Assembly (NCBI GenBank): GCA_009914755.4
Contig: CP068257.2
Span: 12,160,001-12,224,000 of the forward strand
Direction of reading: 5' to 3'
Length of the DNA stretch: 64,000 bases
DNA from: the human T2T-CHM13v2.0 reference genome, Homo sapiens
This document shows positions 37,911-50,845 of the stretch, piece after piece (the first letter of the stretch is position 1; every line of letters starts with the position of its first letter). Made by a program: the position numbers and the translations under genes. The notes beneath the pieces were generated by a model. That model was not told the DNA's origin and ran no database searches. It was given only the letters and a program-made list of their open reading frames with translations.

Positions 37911-40900
37911 TGGAGCTGGAGCTGGAGCTGGAGCTGCAGGGATGCAGGCAGCAGTGTCCTGAGGATGAACACAGCAACGCGACCATGGGACTCACCCAGG
38001 AAAGCATTCTTGGGTCCTAGAACTCGGGGCCTGTGACAGCAAGCTCTGCTGCAAAGGTCTCTGAAATGGCTTCAAGACCTTTTAACCTTGTCTTAGCTAT
38101 TAGCACTGGGCTCCATTTTATGCAAATTTCTGAAGCCTTCTTGAATTTTCCCACTGAAAATCAGCTTTGCTTTTTGACCACTTGGCCAGGCTGCAAATTT
38201 TCCAAACTTTTAAGTCCTGCTTCTCATTTAAATATAACTTTCAACTTGAGGTCATTTATTCAGTCACAGAGAAGACCACAGGCTGTTCAAAACAGACAAG
38301 ACACCTCTTGCGCTTTGCTGCCTACTTCATTTCACCAGATATACCCTAAATTATCACTCTCAAGTTCAAAGTTTCAGAGGTCTCCAGGGCAGGAACACCA
38401 TCCAGCCAAGTTCTTTGCTAAGGCAAAACAAAAGTAACCTTAACTCCTGTTCCCAGTAAGTTGCTCATTTTCATCTGAGACCTTCTAAGTCTGGCCTTCA
38501 CTGTCCATCCTTCAGTCACTCTTTTAATTATAGCTATGTAACAAGTCTCTATGGTCACCGTTTTAATTTAACACATCTCTACAATAGTCCAAATTTTCCC
38601 TCATCTTTCTGTCTTCTTCCAAGCCCCCCAAACTGTGCAGCATCTGGTCGTTACCCACGTCTGAACCTGCTTCTACATTTTCAGCTACCGTTGTGGCAGC
38701 CTGGCAATGTGGTAAAAGAAGAAAAGTCCATTTTCAGGGGGAAAATTCAAGAAGCCTTCAGATATTTGCATATAGAAGAAGCCAAATGCTAATAGTAAAA
38801 AAAAAAAAGATGAAGAAACCTTGAGGGCATTTCATAGCTCCACTTTACAGTACAAATTTTCTGTAGTATTATTTTTAAAAGAGGTTTAACTGGCTCATGT
38901 TTCTGCAGGCTGTAAAGGCAGCAAGTGGCTTCTGCTTCTGGGAGGACTCAGGAAGCCTCCCAATCATACCAAAAGGCCAAGTGACAATGAGATGTTCCAT
39001 ATGGCAGGAGTAAGAAGAAGATACAGAGAAGAAAGAGGTGCCACACCCGGTTATACAACCAGATCTCATGAGAACTCACTATCAGAAGATCAGCCTCAGG
39101 AAGATTAACCAATGGTGAAGGATCCGCCCGCACCACCCCTCGCTGTTTCCAGGCGGAAGCCTCCTGCAGAGGCAGAACCTCTTGGAGAACCTCTACCAGC
39201 GCAGTGCAGAAGGAAAATATGAGCTTGTAGCCCCCACACAGGAGGCCACCATCCTCCAGACAGGAGATTGATAAACCCACCAACAGCTTGCACTCTCTGC
39301 GTGGAAAAGCTACAGGCACTCAACACCAGCCCAGCCCATGAGAGCAGCCATGGGGGCTACACCCTGCAAAGCCACAGGTGCACTGCCCTAGTAGAGACTT
39401 TCCATGAGCCTCTGCCTCTGCAGCAGGCTACTTCCCCCTCCTACTACCCACCACCCTATCACCACCCTACTAACAACGTACTCCTCACCCTACCAACCCC
39501 TTTTCCTTCCACCCCCGGCCCCCGAACATCCATGATTAAATCACCTCCAGCCAGGCCCCACCTCCAATATTAAGGATTACAATTCACATGAGTTTTGGTA
39601 AAGAAACACAGCCAAATCATATTATTCTGACCCTGATCCCCACAGTCTCATGTCCTTCTCACAGAGAAAAATATATTCATGCCTTTTCAAAAGTTTCCAG
39701 AAGTCTTAACTCATTCCAACATTAACTCAAATGTAAAAAAATCAACATCTCATCTGAGACAAGTCTACAGTACCTTTTGCCTATGAGTCCCTGAATTTAA
39801 AAGGATGTTCTTTTCTTTCAAGGTACAATAATGGTACAGGCTTTGGGTAAGATTTTTCAATCCAAAGGGAAGAAATTTCCCAGGAAGAAAACACAAATGG
39901 GACCACAGGCCCAATACAAGTCCAAAACCCAGAAGGCCAGTATCCATTCAATCTTACAGCTCCAAAATCATGAAGAGAACTCACTATCACAAGGACAGCA
40001 ATAAGGAGAGTGTTTAATCATTTGTGAAGCATCCGTCCCCCACCCCCAATTTTCACTGCTCACCCGCACCATAAATCCCCCAGTCTCCCTAAGCCCCATC
40101 TTCCAACCCCCACCCTCCACCGTGATTAAATCACCTTCCTCCAGGCCCCACCTTTAACATTCCGATGACAATTCCACATGAGTTTTGGTAGAGACACAGA
40201 GCTGAATTTTATTATTCTGTCCCTGGCTCCCCAAATCTCATGTCCTTCTCACATTGCAAAATACAATGATGCCTTCCCTACAGTCCCCCAAAATCTTATA
40301 TCATTACAGTATTTATACAAATGTTGAAAGCTTAAAGTCTCATCTGACACAAGGCTACAGTTTCTTAGGCCCATGAGCCTCTGAAATATAACGCAAGTTA
40401 ACTACTTCCAAGGTACAATGCTTGTACAGGCATTGGGTAAGCATTCCCAGCCAAAAGGAAGAACGTTGCCGGAAAAAAACAAAACACAGATAGGACTTAC
40501 CGGCCCCATGAAACTACAAACCCAGAAGGCCAGTCATTCCATCCTACAGTTCCAAAATCACCCTTTTTGAAACCTTGTCCCACATCCAGGGCACAGGGGT
40601 GTGAGGGCTGGGCTTCCAAGGCCTTGGGCAGCTTGGCACCTGTGGCTTTGCAGGGTTTATGCCCCACAGCTGGCCTCATGGGCTCGGCTGGTGTTGAGTG
40701 CCTGTGACTTTTCCTCACTGAGAATACAAGTTGTTGGGGGGTCTATGAATCTGGGGTCTGCATGATGGTGGCCTCCAGTGTGGGGGCTCCAACCCCATGT
40801 TTTCCTTCTGCACTGCCCTAGTAGAAGTTTCATATAAGGCTCTGCCTTTTTGGGGTGCTTTTGCCTGGACACCCAGGCATTTCCATACATCTTCCAAAAT

Positions 40901-41037
40901 CTATAGAGAGGTTCCGAAGCCTCTAGTCTCATGCTCCGTCCGCCAGTGGCTTAACACTATGAGGAATTTACCAAGGCTTCTAGCCAGCACCCTCTGTAGC
41001 AGTGACCCAAGCTGTAGCTGTGCATCTTTCAATCATG
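37911..41037 (-). repeat. Array subunit U1 (3127 bp), higher-order-repeat position 1. The hexamer tract is (GGAGCT)x4.
   Basis: It begins 'tggagctggagctggagctggagctgcagggatgcaggcagcagtgtcctgaggatgaacacagcaacgcgaccatggg'. It is about 95% identical to U7. Confidence 0.85.
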
Positions 41038-44000
41038 GCTGGAGCTGGAGCTGGAGCTGGAGATGGAGCTGGAGATGGAGCTGCAGGGATGCAGGCAGCA
41101 GTGTCCTGAGGCTCCACACAGAGGGGGTCATGGAACTGGCCCAGGAAACTGTTCTTCTCTCCTAGGCCCCAGGGCCTGTAACAACAAGGGCTGCTGCAAA
41201 GGTCTCTGAAATGCCTTCAAGGCCTTTTCCCTATTGTCTTGTCTATTAGCACTGGGCTCCTTTTCATGCAAGTTTCCGAAGCCTTCCTCAATTTTCCCCC
41301 TGAAAATCAGCTTTTCTTTTGGACCACATGGCCAGGCCGCAAATTTTCCAAACTTTTGAGTTCTGTTTCTCATGTAATGTAAGAGTTGGGACTCATTTAA
41401 TGTAAGTCTCATCCAGAGGTCATTTCCTCCATCCCACATAAGAGCACAGGCTGTTCAATGGAAACAGGACAACTCTTGAGCTTTGCTGCTCAGTTCATTC
41501 CACCAGATACTCAGTAAATCATCACCCTCAAGTTCAAAGTTTCACAGATCTCCAGGGCGAGGTCACCGTGCAGCCACGTTCTTTGCTAAGGAAACAAAAG
41601 TAACTTTGACTTCTGTTCCCAGTAAGTGCTTCATTTTCATCTGAGACCTTCTAAGTCGGGCTTTCACTGACCATTTTCCTGTGAGCCTTCTGATCACAAA
41701 TGTTTAACAATTCTTTACAAAGATCCAAACTTTCATTCATCTTCTTGTCTTCGAAGCCCTCCAAACTCTTCCGACCTCTGTATGCTACTCCCTTCTGAAC
41801 CTGCTTCTACATTATCACTATCTTTGCCACAGCCTGGCAATGTGGTAAAGGAAAACAAGTCCATTTTCAGGGGGAAAATTCATGAAGCCTTCACATACTT
41901 GAATGAAAAGAAGCTGAGTGCTGATTGCCACGACAATGACATTTAATAGTTCCACTTTGCACTACTAATTTTCTCTATGATCATAAAGAAAAGAGGTTTA
42001 ATTGGCTCATGATTCTGCAGGCTGTAAGGAAACACAGTGGCTTCTGAATCTGGGAGGACTCAGGATGCCTCCCAATCATACCAGAATGTCCAGGGGCAAT
42101 GAGATGATTCATGTGGCAGGAGTAGGCACAAGACAGAGAGGAAAGAGGGCCACACCCTATTATACAACCAAATCTTATGTGAACTCACTATTACAAGGTC
42201 AGCATCATGAAGATGGTGCTTAAACATTGATGAAGGAACAACCACCCACACCCAACTCCCACTGTTTCCAAACAGAAGCCTGCTGCACAGGCAGAGCCTC
42301 TTGGAAAACCTGTACTAGGGCAGTGTGGAAGGAAAATATGAGCTTGGAGCCCCCACAGAGATGGCCACCACCCTCCAGACCCCAGATTCACAGACCCATC
42401 AGCAGCTCACACCCTCTGTGGAAAAGCTACAGGTTTTTCCAAACCTCAACACCAACCCAGCCCATGAAAGCATCTGCAGGGGCTCAACCCTGCAAAGCCA
42501 CAGGTGGATTGCCCTAGTAGAGGTTTTCCATGAGGCTTTGCCTCAGCAGCAGGCTACTCCCCCTTCCTACTACCCCCAACCCTCCCACCATTCTACTGCC
42601 AGCCTACTCCTCCCCACCCCAACCAACCATTTTGTGATACCCTACCTTGTTTTAACCTGATCGACTCTCCCTTAGCTGAGGGAGCCAGGCAGACTCCATC
42701 TTGGCTGTTTCACTTGCAGCCCCTTACACACATCCCTTCCTCAAGGACATAACTTGTGCAAGCTGACTCCCAGCACATCAACGAATGCAATTACTGACAA
42801 GATACTGTGGCAAGCTATATCCACAGTTCCCAGGAATTCACCCCGTTGATGGTACCTAAAACCCCCGCATTTCTGTCCAGTTGATAGCACCCAAAGCCCC
42901 CACCTCTATCACCTTTTGATGGATTTAAAGTCCCTGCACCTGGAACTGTTTGTTTTCCTGTAGCCATTTACCTTTTTAACTTTTTTGCCTGTTTTGCTTC
43001 TGTAAGATTGCTTCAACGAGGCCTCCCCTCCCCTTTCTAAACCAAAGTATAAAAGAAAATCTAGCCCCTTCTTCCGGGCCGAGAGAATTTTGAGCACTAG
43101 CGCTCTCTCAGTCGCTGGCAATAAAGGTCTCCTGAAGTCGTCTCATAGTGTGGCGTTTCTCTACCACTCGCTTGGTTACAACCCTTTTCCTTCCACCCCC
43201 CAACCCACCTCCAATCCATGATTAAATCATCGCCCCCAGGCCCCACTTTCAACATTTGGAATTACAATTCCACCTGAATTTTTTTAGGGACTCACAGCCA
43301 AACCATATTATTCTTACCCTGATATCCCAGAATCTCATGTCCTTATCACAGAGCAAAATACAATCATGCCTTTTCAAAAGTTCCAATAGCCTTAACTAAT
43401 TCCAAGTGTAAAAAGTTCAAAGTCTCATCTGAGACAAGGCTACTGCCCCTTCTGCCTATGAGTCCCTGAATTTAAAAGAGATTTCTTTTCTTTCAAGGTA
43501 CAATGATGGTAGAGGTATTGTGTAAGCTTTCTCAATCCAAAGGGAAGAAATTTCCCAGAAAAATAACACAAATGGGCCCACAGGCCCAGTGCAAGTCCAA
43601 AACCCAGCAGGACAGTATTCACTCAATCTCACAGCTCAAAAATCATTAAGAGAACTCATCGTCATGCGGAAAGCATTAAGGAGACAGTGTTTACCCATTT
43701 GTGAAGAATCTGTTCCCCCGCCCTCATCTTTCACTCCCATCCACAAAATAATCTCTCCCGTTCTCCCCACACCCCTACCTCCAACACCCACTCTTCTCCA
43801 TGATTAAATCACCTCCCACCAGTTCCCACCTTTAACATTCCCCCCTAAAATTCCACATGAATATTGGTAGAGACACAAATTCAAATCATATCATTCTGGC
43901 TCTTGCTCCCCAAATCTTGTATCCTTGTCACACTGCAAAATACATTGATGACTTCTTTACTGTCCCCCAAAGACTTAACTCATTCCAGCATTTACTAAAA

Positions 44001-44554
44001 TGTACAAGGACTTACAGACCCCATGCAAGTCAAAAACCCAGCAGGCCAGTCATTGAATCCTACAGCTCCAAATCATCTTTTCTGAATGGACATCTCTCAT
44101 CCGATCACAGGAGTGTCATGGCTGGGCTCCCAAGGCCTTGGGCAGCTCTGCACCTGTGGCTGTGCACGGTCTATCCCCCACAGCTGCCCTCATGGGCTGG
44201 GCTGGTGTTGAGTGCCTGTAGCTTTTCCAAACTAAGGTTGGAAAAGCCAGCTGTTGGTGGGTCTATGAATCTGGGGTCTGGAGAATGGTGCCTCCATATT
44301 TAGGGACCCCAGCCCTATATTATCCTTCTGTACTGCCCTAGTAAAGGTTTCCCATGAGGCTCTGCCTCTTGGAAAAGCTTCTACCTGAAAACCCAGGTTT
44401 TTCCGTAGATACTCTGGAGTCTAGACAAAGGCTCCCAAGCCTCTAGTTTTGTTCTCTGTGCACCTGCTGGCTTAACACTATGTGGAAGCCACCAAGGCTT
44501 GAAGCTTACACCCCTGAAGCGTGATGCAAGCTGTACCTGTGCATCTTTCAGCCA
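41038..44554 (-). repeat. Array subunit U2 (3517 bp), higher-order-repeat position 2. It contains a 538-bp LTR-like insertion. The hexamer tract is (GGAGCT)3(GGAGAT)(GGAGCT)(GGAGAT)(GGAGCT).
   Basis: 'ggctggagctggagctggagctggagatggagctggagatggagctgcagggatgcaggcagcagtgtcctgaggctccacacagagggggtcatggaactggcc'. It is about 96-97% identical to U8. Confidence 0.85.
42643..43180 (+). mobile_element. LTR-like insertion of about 540 bp inside subunit U2, with TG...CA termini, a TATA-like box and an AATAAA signal
   Basis: 'tgtgataccctaccttgttttaacctgatcgactctccc...gtataaaagaaaatctagccccttcttccgggccgagagaattttgagcactagcgctctctcagtcgctggcaataaaggtctcctgaagtcgtctcatagtgtggcgtttctctaccactcgcttggttaca'. 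This sequence is absent from the other five higher-order-repeat positions. Confidence 0.6.
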
Positions 44555-47500
44555 TGGCTGGAACTAGAGCTGCAGGGATGCAGGCAGCAGTGTCTTGAGA
44601 CTGCACATAGAGGGGGGTCATGGAACTGGCCTAGGAAACCATTCTTCTCTCCGAGGCCCCAGGGCCTATGATAGCAAGGGCTGCTGCAAAGGTTTCTGAA
44701 ATGGCTTCAAGGCCTTTTCCCTATTGTCTTGGCTATTAGCACTGGGCTCCTTTTCATGCAAATTTCTAAAGCCTTCCTCAGTTTTCCCCTGAAAATCAGC
44801 TTTTCTTTTTGACCATTTGGCCAGGCTGCAAATTTTTGAGTTCTGTTTCTCATTTAATATAAGAGTTGGGACTCATTTAATGTAAGATCCATCCAGATGT
44901 CATTTTCTCGGTCACACATAAGGGCACAGGCTGTTTGATACAGACAGGACACCCCTTGAGCTTTGCTGTCCAGAAGTTCATTCCAACAGATACGCAGTAA
45001 GTCATCACCCACAAGTTCAAAGTTTCACAGATCTCCAGGGCAGTGTCACTGTGCATCCACGTTCTTTGCTACAGCAAAACAAAAGGCACCTTGGCTCCTG
45101 TTTGCAGTAAGTTCCTCATTTTCATCTGAGAGCTTCTCAATCTGATCCTTACCGTCTATTTTCCTATGAGTCTTCTGATCACAAGTATTTAACAACTTTT
45201 TACAAAGATCCAAACTTTCCCTCATCTCCCTGTCTTTGAAGTCCTCCAAACTCTCCAGAACTCCATCTGCTACCCCCTTCTGAACCTGCTTCTACATTTT
45301 CAGCTATCTTTGTCACAGTCTGGCAGTGTGGTAAAGGAAGACAAGCCCATTTTCTTGGGAAAAATTCAAGGGGCTTCAGATACTTGAATGAAAAGAAGCT
45401 GAGTGCTGATTGCCAAGACATTAGGGAGAAGGCCTTGAAGACATTTAATAGATCCACTTTGCAGTAATAATTTTCTCCATAATCATAAAGAAAAGAGGTT
45501 TAATAGGTTAATGATTCTGCAGGCTGTAAGGAAGCATAGTGGCTTCTGCACCTGACAGGACTCAGGAAGCTTCCCAATCATACCAGAATGTCAAGGGGCA
45601 AGGAGATGTCTCATATGGGAAGAGTAGGAGCATGACAGAGAAAGGAAACAGGTGTCATGTCCCATTATACAAGCAGATCTCATGAGAACTCACTATCACA
45701 AGGTCAGCATCAAGAAGATGGTGCTTAAACATTGGTGAAGGATCCGCCCCACACACCCAACTCTCACTGTTTCTAGGCAGAAGCCTCCTACAGATGCAGA
45801 GCCTCTTGGAAAACCTCTATTATGGAAGTGCAGAAAGAAAATATGGGTTTGGAGTCCCCACACAGGTGGCCACCAAACTCCAGATCCCGGATTCATAGAC
45901 CCACTAGCAACTCACGCACTTAGTGTGGTAAAGCTACAGGCCCTCAATACCAGCCCACCCCACGAGAACAGCTGAGGGGCTAAAACCTGCAAAGCCACAG
46001 GTGCACTGCCCTAGTAGAGGTTTTCCACGAGGCTTTGCCTCTGCAGCAGGCTACTCCCCCTTCCTACTACCCCCCACCCTCCCACCACCCTACTGCCAAC
46101 CCACTCCTCCCAATCCTACCCATCCCTTTTACCTTCCACCGCCACCAACTTCCTGTCCATAATTAAGTCACTTGCTTCAACATTAGGGATTACAATTCCA
46201 CATGAGTTTCATAGGGACACACAGGAAAACCATATAATTCTGACCCTGATATTCCAGAATCTCATGTCCTTATCACAGAGCAAAATACCATCATGACCTC
46301 TCAAAAGTTTGCAAAAGTCTTAACTCATTCCAAATGTAAAAAATTCAGTCTCATCTGAGACAAGGCCACAGTCCCTTCTGTCTATGAGTCCCTGAATTTA
46401 AAACGGAGTTCTTTTCTTTCAAGGTACAATGATGGTAGAGACATTGTGTAAGCTTTCTCAGTCCAAAGGGAAGAAATTTCCCAGAAAAATAACACAAATG
46501 GGCCTACAGGCCCAATGCAAGTCCAAAACCCAGCGGGACAGTATTCACTCAGTCTCTCAGCTCCAAAATCATCAAGAGAACTCACTATCATGTGAACAGC
46601 ATTAAGGAGAGCGTGTTTATCCATTTGTGAAACATCCGCCCCCCACCCTCATCTTTCACTCCCACCCACAAAAAAATCTCTTCTATTCTCCCCACTCCCT
46701 TACCTCCAACCCCCATGCTTCTCCATGATTAAATCCCCTCCCACCAGGCCCCATTTTTAACATTCCCCATTATAATTCCACATGATTTTGGTAGGGATGC
46801 AGAGTCAAATCATATTATTCTGACCCTGGCCCCCGTATCTCATGTTCTTCTCACACTGCAAAATACCATGATGCCTTCTCTACAGTTTCCCAATCTCTTA
46901 ACTCATTCCAGCATTTACTGAAATGTCCAAAGCCCAAAGTCTCTTCTGAGACAAGGCTGGGGTCTCTTCTGCCCCTGAGCCTCTGAAATACAAAGTAAGT
47001 TAACTACTACCAAAGTACAGTGATTGTACACACATTGGGTAAGTATTCCCAGCCAAAAGGAAGAAATTAGCCAGAAAGAAGAACAAAACACAGATGGGAC
47101 TTACAAACCCCATAGGAGTCAAAAATCCAACAGCCAGTCATTGAATCCTACAGTTCCAAACCATTTTTTTTGAATCCAGATCCCACATTCAGAGCACAAG
47201 GGTATGAGGCCTGGGCTCCCAAGGCCTTGGGCAGCTCTGCACCTGTGAAGTTGCAGGGTCTAACCTCCACAGTTGTCCTCATGGGCTGGGCTGATGTTGA
47301 ATACCTATAGGTTTTCCACAATGAGGGTGCAAGCTGCTAGTAAGTCTATGAATCTGGTGTTTGCAGAATGGTGCCTCCCTGTATTGGGGTTCCAACCCTA
47401 TATTTTCCTTCTGTACTGCCCTAGTAAAGGAGGCTCTGCCTCTTGGAAAAATTTCGACCTGGACACCCAACTTTTTCCATACATACTCTGGAGTCCAGAC

Positions 47501-47631
47501 AAAGGATCCCCAGCCTCCAGTTTTGTGCTCTGAGCACCTGCTGGCTTAACACTATGTGGAAGCCACCAAGGCTTGCAGTTTGCACCCTCGGAAGCAGTGA
47601 CCCAGGCTGTACCTGTGCATCTTTCAACCAT
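44555..47631 (-). repeat. Array subunit U3 (3077 bp), higher-order-repeat position 3. The hexamer tract is degenerate (GGAACT/AGAGCT).
   Basis: 'ggctggaactagagctgcagggatgcaggcagcagtgtcttgagactgcacatagaggggggtcatggaactggcctaggaaaccattcttctctccgaggccccagggcctatgatagca' is identical over the 113 bp that are visible of U9. Confidence 0.85.
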
Positions 47632-50600
47632 GGCTGGAGCTGGAGCTTCAGGAATCCAGCCAGCAGTGTCCTGAGGATGGACATAGCAGCGGGGTCATGG
47701 GGCTGGAGAAGGAAACCATTCTTTTCTCCCAGGCCTCAGGGCCTGTGATAGCAAGGGCTGCTGAAAAAGTCTCTGAAATGCCTTCAAGGCCTTTTTAACA
47801 TTGTATTGGCTATTAGCACTGAACTCCATTTTATAAACATTTCTGAAGCCTTCTTGAACTTTCCCACTGATAATAAGCTTTTCTTTTTGACCACTTGGCC
47901 AGGCTGCAAATTTTCACAACTTTTAATCTCTCCTTGTCATTTAAATATGTTTCACCTTGAGGTCATTTCTTTGGTCACATATTTTCATGTGAGACCTTCT
48001 AAGCCTGGTGGTCACTGTCCATCCTTATGTCACCTTCTTAATTATAACTATTTAACAAGTCTCTACACTGATCCAAACTTTTCCTCATCTTCCTGTCTTC
48101 TTCCAAGACCTCTAAACTCTCCAACCTCTGGCCATTACACACTTCTTAACCTGCTTCTACATTTTCAGCTACATGTGTCACAGCCTGGCAATGTGGTAAA
48201 AGAAGAAAAGTCCATTTCAGGAGAAAAATTAATGCAGGCTTTAGACGTTTGCCTGAAAAGAAGCTGAGTGCTGATTGCCATGACAATAGGGAAAAGGTCT
48301 TGAAGGCATTTCATAGCTCCACTTTACAGCATTAATTTTCTGTATAATCAGAAAGAAAAGAGGTTGAACTGGCTCATGGTTCTGCAAGCTTTAAATAAAT
48401 CATAGAGGCTTCTGCTTCTGGGAGGACTCAGGAAGCCTCCCAATCATACCAGAAGACCAAGCAACAATGGGAAGTTTTATATGGCAGAAGTAGAAACAAG
48501 ACAGAGAGGAAAAAGGTGGCACACGTTGTATAAACCTGTTATACAACCAGATTTCCTGAGAACTCACTATCACAAGGTCAGCATCAAGAAGATGTTGCTT
48601 AACCATTGGTGAAAGATCTGCCCCCTACCACCCCCACCCCCCACTGTTTCCAGGCAGAAGCCTGAGGCACAGGCAGAGCCTCTTGGAAAACCTCTACTAG
48701 GGCAGTGCAGAAAAAATATATGGGCTTGGAGGCCCCACGCAACCATCCACCAGACCACAGATTCATAGACCCAACAATAGCTTGCATTCTCAGTATGGAA
48801 AAGCCACAGGCACTCAACACCAGCCCAGCCGACGAAGGCAGCCATGGGGGCTAATGCCTGCAAAGCCACAGGTGCACTGCCCTGGTAGAGCTTTTCCATG
48901 AGGCTCTGCCTCTGCAGCAGGCTACTCCCTCTTCCTACTGCCCACCACACTCTCACCACCCTACTGCCAGCCTACTCCTCCCCACCCTACCCACTTGTTT
49001 TCCCTTCCACCCCTACCAACCTCCCATTTGTGATTAAATCACTTCCCACCAGGCCCCACCTGCAACAGTCAGGAATACAATTCACCAAGAGTTTTTGTAG
49101 GGAAACACAGTCAAACCATATTATTCTGACCCTGAAACCCCCACATCTCATGTCCTTCTCACACAGAAAAATACAAACATGCCTTTTCAAAAGTTTCCAA
49201 AAGTCTTAACTCATTCCAGCAGTAACTCAAATGTAGTAAGTTCAAGTCTCATCCAAGACAAGGCTGCAATCTCTTCTGCCTATGAGTCCCTGAATGTAAA
49301 AGACAATTCTTTTCTTTCAAGTTACAGTGATGGCACAGGCACTGGGTAAGCTTTCTCAATCCAAAGGGAAGATTTTCCCTGAAAAATAACACAACTGGGA
49401 CACAGGCCCAATCCGAGTCCAAAACCCAGCAGGACAGCATTCATTTATCATGAGAACTCACTATCGCACAGACTGCATTAAGGTGATAGTATTTAACCAT
49501 TTGTGAAGGATCTGCCACCCATCCCCATGTTTCACCCTCACCCACACCATGAACCCCCATTCTCCCACATCCACCTTCCAACCCCCATTCTCTACCATGA
49601 TTAAATCACCTTCTACCAAGCCCCACATTTGACATTCCCCATTACAATTCCACATGAGTTTTGGAAGGGACACAGAGCCAAATCATATTATTCTCCCCTT
49701 GGTCCCCAACCTCATGACCTTCTTATACTGCAAAATATAATGATGTGTTCTCTAAGGTCCCCCAATGTCTGAACTCATTCCAGCATTTACTCAAATGTCC
49801 ATTTGTGAAGGATCCACCCCCCACCCCTCCCTTTCAGCCACAAATGCACCACAATCCGCCAACACTCCCCACCCACCTATAGCCCCAACCCTCCACACCA
49901 CCCCCAGCATCCACCCTCCATGCTCCACCATGATTAAATCACCTTCCACCAGCCCCCACCTTTAACATTTCCCATTAAAATTCCACATGAGTTTTGGTAG
50001 AGACACAGAGCCAAAACATATTATTCTGCCCCTGGTCCCCCAAATCTCATGTCTTTTTCATATTGCAAAATGCAATGATGCCTTCCCTAGAGTCCCCTAA
50101 ATCTCAACTCATTCCAGCCTTTACTCAAATATCCAAAGCCCAAAGTCTCTTCTGAGACAAGGCTGCAGTCTCTTCTGCCCTGAGACTCTGAAATACACAG
50201 CAAATTAACTACTTCCAAGGTACAATGACTGTACTGGCATTGGTTAAGCATTCCCAGGCAAAAAGAAGAAATTTGCCAGAAAGAAGCATAAAACACAGAT
50301 GGGACTTACAAACTCCCTGCAAGTCAAAAGCCCAGCAGACCAGTCATCCATCATACACCACCAAATCACCTTTTTGGAATCTATGTCCACATCCAGAGCA
50401 CAGGGTGATGTGACAGCTGGGATCCCAAGGCCTTGGGCAGCTCTGCACCTGTGGCATTGCAGAATCTTTCCCCTACAGTTGCCCTCATTGACTAGGCTGG
50501 TGTTGAGTGCCTGTAGCTTTTCAACACTAAGGGTGCAAGCATCTGGTGCGTCTATGAAACTGGGGCCTGGAAAATGGTGCCTCCCTGTATGGGGACTCCA

Positions 50601-50845
50601 ACCCTATACTCTCCTTGTGTACTGCCTGAGTAGAAGTTTACGATGAGGCTCTGCCTCTTGGAAAAGCTTCTGGCTGGACAATCAGGCTTTCTGATACATC
50701 CTCTGAAGTCTAGATGAAGGCTCAGAAGCTTCTAGTCCTTGCTTTATGCAACTGCTGGCTTAACACCTTGTGGAAGCCACCAAGTCTTCGAGCTTGCATC
50801 CTCTGAAGCAGTGACACAAGCTGTACCTGTGCATCTTTCATCCAT
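47632..50845 (-). repeat. Array subunit U4 (3214 bp), higher-order-repeat position 4. It has three 'gattaaatcacc' modules.
   Basis: 'ggctggagctggagcttcaggaatccagccagcagtgtcctgaggatggacatagcagcggggtcatggggctggag'. Extra partial modules lie at about 49600 and 49925. Confidence 0.8.
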
